Below are positions 1 through 12,000 of a stretch of 64,000 nucleotides of DNA, in pieces. The stretch lies in the IMG/VR virus record IMGVR_UViG_3300037427_003924; one strand, 5' to 3'. How positions within the stretch are numbered: the stretch's first letter is position 1; every line of letters starts with the position of its first letter. The translations under genes were made by a program, and so were the position numbers. This stretch comes from an uncultured virus (IMG/VR IMGVR_UViG_3300037427_003924) (lineage: Duplodnaviria; Heunggongvirae; Uroviricota; Caudoviricetes). Under the pieces are notes generated by a model. The model was given only the letters and a program-made list of their open reading frames with translations. It had not been told where the DNA came from and did not search any database.

Positions 1-3000
1 CCCTGAAATCTACGTCGCCGCTGGCGTCATTAATAACGACGGCGCTCCCATTATCCTGTATAGAAGAATTCCCAATCGTATCACCATCAGTCCACTTAGT
101 GATATAGTTAGCGCTACCAGAGCCATCTACCGCTCCAGAACCGATTGATGTCTCTATAACATTACCACTAGAATCAACGGAAAGTTTGTAAGCAGCGGTT
201 CCTGTATGAGTTCCCGAGCCGTAACTACCCAATGTTAACTTTCTACTAGTGGTATTTATTGAGAGGGCAGTAGAAGGACTGCTTCCAACTGCTATAGAAA
301 AAGTTGCATCTCCTCCGCGAATACGCCCTTGCATGGTGCCCCCACCATAAAACATAATAGCTGGTAGCTTGCTTCCTCCAGTAGAATCTTCATCGTTGAT
401 CGCTAATGCACAAGCGTTATCGCCATCATCTGAATTGCCACTAATAGTAAGCAGACTCCCCGGGCTATCTGTTCCTATGCCTACATAACCAGTAGTCTTC
501 TTAATAACAAGACAATTAGCTACGCCGCTCTGTCTAATATTGAAATCTCCAGCGGCAGGATAACCACTGTATAAAATCCAGCCTACGTCCCCAGCTGCTC
601 CAGCATTTAACTGAAGCCCAACACGACCCGTAGTACTCTGGAAATTAGGCTCCAACACTCCGGCTTTCCAGACATGAAGCAGTTGTCCCGGAGAAGCTGT
701 CCCTATTCCAACGTTCCCATTTCCCTTTATGTCAAAAAGGTTATTATTGCTTGATCTAAAGGTGGCCACATAATCTGAGGCAGAAGTACTTCCTATATTA
801 ACATATAAACCATCCCCGTTTGAAGTGTTGCTTTGGGTTATCTCTGCCGCGTATACAGTTGAACTAGCAGGGGTAACTACATCAAGCATAGCAGATGGCG
901 CAGTTGTCCCGATGCCGACATGACTATTTGAAAAATAAACGGAGTCTACATCAGCCCCACCCTCTATTCTAAATCTTTCTACCGAGGAGTTACTAGCGTT
1001 ATCTGTATACCAAATCTGGTCTTGAGCATCGTCTGATACGTAGGTGATATTTCCACCCGCACCTTGGTTGGTGATATTAAAGAAAAAAGCATTACTTTGA
1101 AGTTTGAGTTGGGTGTCATCAGAATTATTCGCGCTTTTTACTTGTAAAGTTGTCGCTCCGGAACCCCTTACGTCCAATTGATAAGCTGGCGCAGTAGTCC
1201 CGATGCCGACCTTGCCGTCACCCCTAATAATCATTTTTAGTGTTGGGCTAGAAGTCCCAACAGCATTATTTGTATCAAAGCGTAAATCAGTATTGGCTGC
1301 ACTCGTGGGTTGTGCGTAAACTTGAGCTCCCCTTGCCGATACAGTATTACCAGATGTGGTAGAAGTCCAAATTATACCAGAATATTTGCTTGTTTGCTGA
1401 TTACCAAAATACAAAGATGCATAACTAGCGTTTTGTGTAGTTATTTCTAAACCTCTATGCCAGCCGCCATCTCTTACTACATCACCTTCAAAATACCCGC
1501 CACCATCGACATGCAAAAGTTCAGAAGGGGCCGTTATTCCTATACCGACATTGCCGCCTGAAGCTATACGCATTCTTTCGGCCGGAACTCCCGCCTCGGG
1601 CTTTGTCCAAAACTGAAGATCACCACCACTGTCATCACCAGCGTTTGAATCAGATGTAACTACCGTTGAAATAATTTGAGCTATCCTGCTTCCAATCGTT
1701 GAGTTGGGGTTTACGTGGTTTGCATTGGCCGTATTGATAAAAGCAAGCTGACCCACTCTATGGGCATTCGTGTCTGAAGAAGCGCTAAGATTCGTTATGC
1801 CACCATCAAAGTCCCCTGTTCCCGCTGTGCCCCTTACCTCTAAAACTTGTCTATTAGACGCATAACTAGTTAGATTCGTAGCATTAATTACAACTCCGTA
1901 AGCGTGATTGTATACAATCGAGTTCCCAATCGTATCACTATCAGTCCATTTCGAAATGTAATTGGCAGTACCACTGCCATCTACCCCAGAAATCTCACTT
2001 AAAGTTTTCCAATCCAAACCGGAGCCGGTAGTGGTTAAAACTTGTCCATTAGTCCCAGCGCTATTATTAGTGTCTAAAATTGTTGTAGCTTTTAAACTAC
2101 TGTTGATAGTTGTTGGATAACCAATAGCTACATCCCCATCGCCCTGTATTTGGATTACGCTCTGGACGCTTTGACTGCCTAAGTAGCCGTTGTCAGTAAC
2201 CCTAATATTAGATGAACGTATATAGTTGTTATAAATGTAGGAGTTACCAACAGCTACCGCAGTGCTGAATGTGGCTGTCCCTCCATCCAACTGAAACTCT
2301 TCTGTAGAACCGTTCGTGCCATAAATAGCAAACCGACTTGTCCCGTCCACCAACCCAAACCAACGGCTTTTGGCTCCACCACCAGCATCAGCATCGGTGA
2401 CTTGAAACAACGGCGAAGCAGAAGAACGGCTTACTTGAATTGTTGAATTGGCCGTCAGCGCACCGCTGAATGTGGCTGCCCCTGTTGGGGCTATCGTCAG
2501 CAAGTGGTTTGACCCCCAATGACCAAGCGTTAACAAGTTGGCGTCAGACCCATCTCCATTCCACTTATACCCAATGTACCCACAGTTCTTATTATTCCCC
2601 TCCTTGCCAACTACTAATATATTAGTCTGCCCGCTGGTAATGTTTGCCGTGTACGCCTCCAGAGAATGAACGTATGTACCTGATGAACTATTATCTATTG
2701 CAAGTGTTGGGGCATTGGCTAACCCTGTTCCTGCTAATGTAGCCGTAGTACCCGTCAGCGCACCACCGAACGTGGCTGCCCCTGTTGGTGAAAGCGTTAA
2801 CGGGTAATTCCAAGAAATTGTATCATCCGCACTCCCCCCTGTTACGGCTGTCCTTAAATAAATTGTGCCATCATCTTGCCAGACATTTGATGCACCGCCA
2901 GCACCTACCTTTTTCCATAACCCACTTGCGTTCAGGTAAGAGTTTTCCTGTACCCCTATGTAAGAGCTATTACCCACTACGGCTGATTGGTTAGCCCCTA

Positions 3001-6000
3001 TTGCGAGTTGGGTTATGCCACTATACCAAGTGTTCAACCCACCCGTAAACCCAATCTGTGCATCACCACTAAACTTAGCAGTAGTCCCCGTCAGCGGACC
3101 ATTGACGGTCACGGCGCCCGCGAATGTGGCTACGCCAGCCGCCGATATAGTCAGCCTAGTCGCCGCTGATGTACCAAATATTATATCTCCCGCTTCATAA
3201 TTATATATATATCCAGTTGAACCAGACAGTTGCATCTGAAACCCGTCGCCAGTCGCTGCACCTGTTGTTGAATTACAAAGCTGTAAACAAGCTAATGAAT
3301 TATTGTATATAGATAGGGGTCTACTAGGCGCAGTTGTCCCGATGCCGACATTTCCTGCAGAAGTAATCCGCATTCTTTCTGTCGGAGCCACATTAGTCGT
3401 GCCATCTTTGGTAGCAAAATATAAATCTCCTGTCTCAAAAGAAGTCCTTGAGGTAACAATCTGGCCGATAACCGAATGCGAATAAGTGGAACCGTAAAAT
3501 TGGTCAAAACCAATCTCCATTCTTCTTCCAACCGCGTTAGAACTAACCGCTGCTAATTTAAGAGTATTAGAGCCTCCTATTTGAGTTCCCGGTGGAATCG
3601 CTTCTGAAACCATTAACTGAGCTACGGGCGCAGTAGTCCCGATACCGACTTTGCCTGATGCATCAATACGCATACGTTCAGTCGGGGTATAAACCGTATT
3701 CACAGTTTCCCCTGTGTCTCCATAGAAAACGTGCGCCCCGTTCAACTGACGGTAGACGGCAGGAGTTGTAGAATTGAGTGTCTTATAAGCACTTGTAGTG
3801 TTGGTGTTGTTAACAACCCTAGCTCCCGACGTAATGATAATGTTGCTACCGCTATTTGCCACACCTATACAAGCCGATGCGTAGTCTGCGTTGTTTACAT
3901 CTGCGTTATTGAGGTAGAATGCTAATCCCTGTGTCCAAGCAGTATCTTCCTCTATATTAACAGTTGCCCCCGCATCAGTTAACGAGGCTGAAGTTGTTCG
4001 TATATCCAGTTTACAAAGCGGCGCAGTAGTGCCGATGCCGACATTTTGTAAAAAATAATTACTATTAACTGCCGAAATTCTAGCTTGAGCTACCCCGCTA
4101 TTAGCCCGCACATAAATACTACCGTGACTTGACTCTTGGCCGAGGGAGACAAGTTTAACCGTGTTACCAGAGTGAACCAAAGAGATTTCATCGACGTTAC
4201 TGCCAGTAGATTTGACGGATAGTTTAGTAGTGGGCGCATCAGTCCCGATTCCGACATTGCCGTCGCTTTTAAAATAAGCCGCAAGAGTAGAGCTGTTAAC
4301 GTATATCGAAAGATGAGAAGTTGCTTTTAATACGGCATACGACGAATCATTGCCATAAATATCCAACCATGTAGTTCCTGCTTTTTGAAACCTTAGTTCT
4401 CCACCAGAAACTCCGTCAATATCTACAACTCCCCAACCAACCGATGCATAGACATCAAGGTGAACACTTGGCGCAGTAGTCCCAATGCCGACTCCAGTAC
4501 CATTTTTAATATATAGATCATTACCTGCTGAGCTATCAGTGCCTGTTGTAAATCCTATATCTCCCGTGGACTTACTATAAATTTGCCCTCTTAGCGCGCT
4601 ACCCGCATTATTAAAAAATTGAATAAAGGAATAATCATCAGCAGACCTTGCCCTAAGAGCAAAAGCATTTGCGCCAGAATCTGCTGTAACAGTTAGAGGG
4701 GCGGCTGGATTAGTATTTCCGATACCAACTTTGCCGTCAGCGGCTATACGCATATATTCCGTACCGCCACCCGTCAGAAATGTTATAAATCCTGTAGTAT
4801 TTGCAGCTTTAAGTCTTAATTCGTTCCCTGTTTCTCTTGTTACTTGATGGCTACTACCCCCGAATCTAATTCCTTTACCCTCATCTACAAATATATAGTC
4901 GCCTCTTACGTCAAGTTTATAAGCGGGATTTTCAGAGCCAATACCCACTTTATCATTACTAATAGTTAAAACAGAGCTGTTGTTATCCCAGAATTGAGTT
5001 CTTAGATTTGTGGTATCGGAAACGATACGACCCACTATAGTTTTATCGAGCCGTCTCCAAATTAGCGCGGATGAATTTCCCGTGTTAGTTGGAGCATCAA
5101 TATAAGTAGTATTGGCTACATGAAGTATTCCATCTGGCGCAGTAGTCCCGATGCCGACACTTCCTGTAGTCGGAGCAATTACCAGTCTTTCACTTGCGGC
5201 AACATCACTTCCTTCACTTATGGCGAAATAATTATTGGGAGCCGTAGAATGTCCTATCACCCACCTAGCCGCAGCAGTTTCAAAAAATTCTAATTGCGGT
5301 TTATCATCAGTGCTGGAAATGCGTATGTTACCACCGTATACGTGAAGTTTAGCTCCCGGCGCGGTTGTCCCGATGCCGAGTTTAGAACCCTTCAGCACCA
5401 TATTGTTCACACCGCCATTATCACTTCTGAAATAAACATCATCTGCATCAAAATAAACATCAGATGTTCCAGCATACCCAAACCTGTAGGAACTACCGTT
5501 AGCGTTTGCTATTTGCAATAGTGAATCTGGCGCATTAGTCCCTATGCCGACTTTACCGGCAGGGTCAATACGCATTCTTTCGACTGGTGCGGTAGCTGTA
5601 GCCCCACCTAGTGCTTTAGTGGCAAAAGCAAGTTCCCCGCCTACATTAGTGGGCGCCGTAACACTAGCCAGCCCTTGGATACTGGCGAGAAGATTAGGTA
5701 CATTTACATTACCCCAATCATTGTAAGCAAATTCTAGGTGTGCATCGCCATCGTAAGCACCTTGTGTTCTAGCTGTAATCCTTAACTTTGTAACACCTGC
5801 TGTGGTACCAAAGTTTTCACTTACTTCGAGCTTGCTTATTGGCGCATCAGTCCCTATACCAACTTTGCCGTCACCTAAAACTTCTAAAAGCGTCGTGTTA
5901 GATACATCCGCTACTCTGAAACTTGTAACAGCAGAATCATCACCAGCCTGTACTTTTAACCCATGACCATTAGTGGCGTGAGTGTTCTTGATTAACCCAG

Positions 6001-9000
6001 CCCAGTTTCCGTTAACTGATTGTTCCGCACGAAAGCCGATACCATCAGGGTCTACGCCAATTCCAACATAACCAGTGGTATAATCTATAACAAACTGGGG
6101 AGCACCATTGTCATTATTTTTAATAACAAAAGCCTCCAATGGAGCAATATTCTCCATTCCTAACTTCCACATTAGACTACCTGCTTCAGAGAAGTTTAAA
6201 GACTTTTCTGACGAGTCCGTTCCGTCAATAAGAACCCTAACGTGATCAGCGCCTTGAATCTTTAAAACATCGTTAGCGGTGGAATAAACATGAAGCGGAG
6301 TTGCTGGCGCAGTAGTCCCAATGCCAAAATTGCCGCCATTGTTTATATAATTTGCCCCACCAGATTCGGCATAAAGTTTTACCTTTGTTCCCCCTGAATG
6401 GTCAAATAATATAAAGTTCCCATCACCAGAAGAATCCGCTCCAAGTTGTACCGCTATACTTCCATCCGAAGCGTAAGATGCAAAATATTTATTATCTCCC
6501 TTTAGGGTTAATAAATGCGGAGCATTTACAGTACCAATACCAACATTACCATTAGTGTTAAACGCCATTCTTGTCGCAGAATCTGTGGCGTCATAAATTT
6601 CTAAATAACCATTGGCCGTTTGCCCATCTACAATCTTCCAATGTTGAGTAGTAGAACCAGTTTTCTTAATTTCGTAACCTACAGTGGAGTTTGCAGCTAC
6701 TTGAGTTAGTACGGTTGTAGCGCCGACAGCTTTACTAACATGAAGGTGAGCGGCGGGAGCAACTGTTCCTACGCCAACATTACCTGCAGAATTAATCCGC
6801 ATTTGTTCAGTAGTATTAGCTCCATTAGCTCGCGTATGGAAAGTAAGAGCACTTGCATAGTTGTCTGCAGTACCGTTTTCTTTAATTCCTTGTATTACGC
6901 CAAAGTCATTTATCGCCCCACCTGTTCCATTTGTATAACCACCTAAAGCTATACCTGCTCCCGTACCTGCTGCTGCGCTAGTTGTATCTAAGAAAGCAAC
7001 TATTCTTTTTGCAGACCCATTTGTTTGATTAGCGCCATAAACCTGCAGCGGGAAAGCGGGAGCGTTTGTACCTATACCTACAAAACCAATATCTGAGATA
7101 CCGCTCCTAGCGGAAATAGTCATCGACTCTGTATCAGTCCCCGCGGCCATGACGCTAAATCTTAATGCGCCATCTTCAGTACCGTCTGTATTATCAACAA
7201 TAAATGATTCGATTGTAGCGTAACGAGTGTCCTGACTAGCGTCATTTAAAGCGTCAAAAATTATAAACCCAGTAGAATTACCATCAGAGTTACGGTCAGC
7301 CCGAAGTTTTAATCCAGATCTGCCCGAGCCGTCATTATCAAGCAGTATCGTTTGATCACTAGCTGAATTTGTATATATATGAAGAGGAGTATTTGATCCC
7401 GGAGCAGCAGTCCCGATGCCAACATTGTCGTTATCATCAGAGAAAATGGCAGAGTTTTGTAAAGCTGTCGTACCGTTCCAACGAGGAATATAATTATCTG
7501 TACCCGAACCTGAAACTCCACCACCTCCGGTAACCGTAGACCAAGTTACTGTTCCACTTCCGTTTGTTTGTAATACTTGTCCTGCTGAACCATCTGCAGT
7601 TGGGAAAGTAAATGCGCTGTTAAAAGTAACTGCTCCCGCCGGAGCAATAGAAAAGCGAACTGTCGGGGCTACCGAAGATCCGTCGTTAGTATAAAATTCT
7701 AAGTTTCCTTTGATAGAATCTGCCGCAGGCGAAGAATCATCCACTGATGACCTTATCTCTGCGGGAGTAACGCGCATATCTACACCATCGGCAGCAGTGA
7801 ATATAATACGCCCGAGTACATCGTTATCTGTAACAATAGTATTGCTTCCTGCGGTTGTTCCTCCTGTACGCCCTAATACCAAACAGGCTGCCTCGTAATC
7901 ACCAGTAGCATTACTAACAATAGTCAACCCCGAATCCCATTGACTATTAACCCCTTCTATATTTAGTAGCTGAGGGTTTAAACCACCTATACTACGAAAA
8001 GAATTAGTCCCGATGCCAACCCTTGGATAGGTTTGGTTATTAATATATAACCCTTGATTGGTCCCGTTGGTAGAAAAGGATATTGCTGTACCGGCTTTTA
8101 TAGCTAAAGATCCAGAAGTTGCGGCACCTCCATTAACTTGCTGTAAAGTAACGCCGGAGTTACCAGATCTTGTTACTAGTAATTCTCCTCCAGATGCTGT
8201 TGATACTTCAAGGTCTGCACTTGGCGCAATAGTCCCGATACCGACGTTACCGTCAGCAGCTATACGCATTCTTTCAGTAGGTGTATAAGCCGTATCTGCA
8301 GTTAAGCTAGTATTTGTATACCATATATGAGCGGCGTTAAGTTGCCTATAAAAAGCTGCTGTTGTTGAATTTGAAGTCTTGCCCCAATTTGCCGAGGCGG
8401 GATCACCAACCACTCGAGCTCCCGCAGAAAGAAATACGTTGGCCGAGGAGTTAGCCACTCCAAGAAAAGCGGTAGGTTTGCTATTATTATATGTTGCACT
8501 ATTATTTATATAGAGCGCAATTCCTTGAGACCATGCTGCTGATTCTTCTACGTTCAACCTAGCTCCATAAGTGGAGGCTGAAGCCGTAGGTGAAGCTATA
8601 GAAACTTTACCATCATCATATATGGTAGAATTGCCTATCGTATCTGTATCTGTCCACTTCGAAAGGTAGTTTGCAGTACCACTGCCATCTACTCCCGAAA
8701 TCTCACCCAAAGTCTTCCAGTCTAAAGCAGATCCGGTTGAGGTCAGGATTTGTCCACTAGTCCCGGCGCTATTACTTGCATCTAAAATTGTTGCGGCTTT
8801 TAAGCTAGTGCTGAATGTACCTGCACCAGTAACAGTTACGCCAGTTGAAGTTGTTTCTAGTTTTTTGCTATTAGCATAAAACAGTTCTACAGCTCCGTTT
8901 TGGATAGCCGAAATCATCTCCTCGTTACTAGCCGCATTATTAATGGACAGCCTGCTGGTCGCTAAAACTAGGCTTCCTGTGCCCGCGTCTTTTATGTAGC

Positions 9001-12000
9001 TATGATTTCCATCATGGTAAATCCTAAGGTCGTTTCCTGTTCCAAAGTAAGCCGTAGCATTATCTACAAAAGAAGCTCCACCAAGAATTGCGGTTCCTGT
9101 TACTGTAACGCCACCAGAGTTTGTGGCTAGTTTTATTGCGTTGTCATAGTAAAGAGTTACAGCACCGTTTCCAGTTAACGTAATACCATTCTCGCCACCT
9201 TGAGGCTGAATAAATATATCATCATCTGACCTTAAATATAAGTCACCAGAAGTTTCACTTGCTACATATAATGACCCAGTATTTTTTATATGGGAGTTGG
9301 AACCATCATGGTAAAGCTGAAGGTCTTTTCCGCCACCCAATGCTATTCTTGAGTTATCGGGCCATTTTGTATATGCCGTGGTAACTCCTCCTGCATAGGT
9401 TGTGTCGCCTCCATTAACGCTGAAATAGTCAAAGGTTCCTCCTCCGTCACCTCGGTCAGCCGTAAACACAATGTTTCCATCAGTTACGCTGCTTTTTATA
9501 TTTAACGCCCCTACTCCTACTTGCCAGATGTACGAATTATTACCGTCATGGTAAAAACGCAAATCGCTGCCTCCACCAAATCGCAACTGTGTTGAATCTG
9601 GAATAGCTAGGAAAGTTTCATAAAGTGAAAGTACTGCTGCACTATTTTGTTTGAACTGGATAAAATTACCTGACCCGTATGAATTTATGTAAGTGTCCTT
9701 ACCCGCATCAGCTTCAATCCGAAAACAATTATCTGATCCATTGTTTAAATTTAGCACGCCACTGAACGTAGCATTACCACCAACCGTCAGCGCACTGTTG
9801 AATGTGGCTGCCCCTGCTTCTGACATATCAAGAGTAAGAGCAGTAACAGTTGAGCCGCCATCGTTGCCTTGAAAGATTAGATCTTTATCTGAAACAGTAG
9901 ACTTTATATAAAAATCTGATGAAGTTAACTTGAAAAGTCCAACAGAGGTTCCTGCGTCTTTAAGATAAATATACGCACCATCAGCATCAAGATTAATGAT
10001 ACCTGCAGCGTCTAGCGTTAAATCTCCTGAACTTACGTCTATCTCTTGGCTACTAATGCTCATGTTGCCTGTTTTAATCAGGTCATTGAATATCGCATTA
10101 CCACCTGCTGACATATCAAGGGTAAGGGCTGTTATAGCTGAACCACCATCGTTACCTTTAAATACCATATCAGCATCTGAAATAGCGCTATAAAAAGATG
10201 GGCCACCACCACCGCCACCTCTACCGATTTCTAATACCGCAGTGCCATTATCTTTAAATCTCCAATTAGCAGTATTAGAATCAAGGATAATATCTCCTGC
10301 AACATCTAGTGTTAAATTTGAAGACGATAGAGATATAGTTGTTCCGTCTATATTGATGTTATCTATATTTATTCCAGCATTAGCGGTTACCGCTCCTGAG
10401 AACGTAGCGACGCCCGCTGTAGAGATGAGAAGTGGAGCGGTGCTACCCGTGTCATCCGAGACTGCAAATGACCCGTCTGTTTTAATACCGATGCCCCAAC
10501 GCCTAGCTGTTGTGCCAGTTCGCTCAACAAACACCCCGCCACCTCCAGCGCCAGCTATTAGTAGTGTCCTATCGCTTGCCAGCCAGCCCGGTGTGAAAGA
10601 CGGCGTGGTTGTCCCCATGCTAACATTACCGTCACCATCAAACACCATAACATGACGGTTATCGGTTACATCCTTAATACTAAACCTGCCGGGGCCAGCG
10701 AGATTGTTAGCTAATGACCATTCTGACCCAACCGACTTTATTTTTATCTGTGAGGGCATCCCGGCAAGGCCAGTCGTACGCTCTAATAATATTTCCGCGG
10801 TACCATCAACCGCAACATGTAAAGGAGCACTAGGGGTAGCTGTCCCTATACCTATTTTACTACTTGATTGCGATATTACAGAATCTCCTATTGTATTTGC
10901 ATCACTCCATAATGGAACTTTGTTCGCAGTTCCTCCGCCATCTATAACAGTCGCGGGAATCAATCCAGAGACAGTAGCTATCTCCGAAGTTAAAGTTTGG
11001 CCAGTAGTCACGAGATTATTGGCAACAGTATTAATGTTTGTCGTGAGTGTCTGGCCAGTAGTAACTAAATTACTACTTAAATTTGTAATGTCCGTATCGT
11101 TGGACGTAATCTGGGTTTGTAGTGTCTGCCCAGTCGTAATCAAGTTTCCGCTGATATCGTCTACAACTTTTCCTGTAGATATTAAGTTTGTGGAAACTGT
11201 ATTAATGTTGGTTGTTAAAGTCTGGCCTGTCGTAACAAGGTTACTAGTTAAAGTAGAAATATCAGAATCATTGCTAGTAATTTGAGTCTGTAGTGTTTGA
11301 CCGGTAGTACCTAAGTTAGTGGTCAGGGTTGATATGTCGCCATCGTTACTGGTAATCTGGGTTTGTAGAGTTTGCCCTGAAGTTCCTAAGTTTGTAGAAA
11401 CTGTATTGATATTAGTAGTAAGAGTTTGCCCTGTTGTGATTAAGTTTGATGCGCTTGCTACTACTTCGCCTTCTACAGCTAGAGGGAAGTTTAGTTCAAA
11501 TCTATCGTTAGCATCGTTGTATAAAATGTTTGCATTAGCTGCAGTTCCGCGATCAATTACGATACCTCCAGAAATTCTGCTGATCCCAGCGCCACTTTCG
11601 CCGCTGTTAATTTCAATTATATTATCTTTAACCGCCAGATTCTCTACATCAACAACAACTTCAGTTCCCGTAACTGTTAAGTTGTTTATTGTAACGTCGT
11701 TGGTAAATATTTTATTTCCAGCTATACTCTGATTAGTTGTCAGCTTAACCGTAGTGGAGTCTAGTGTGCTGATGTCAGAGTCGTTACTAGTAATTTGAGT
11801 TTGTAATGTCTGCCCAGTTGTTCCTAAGTTTGTTGTTAGGCTCGCAATGTCACTATCGTTTGAAGTGATTTGAGTTTGCAAGGTCTGGCCTGTAGTTCCC
11901 AAATTACTTGTAAGCGTCGAGATATCTGAATCGTTGCTGGTAATCTGAGTTTGTAAAGTTTGGCCGCTAGTACCCAAGTTAGTCGCAACTGTATTTATAT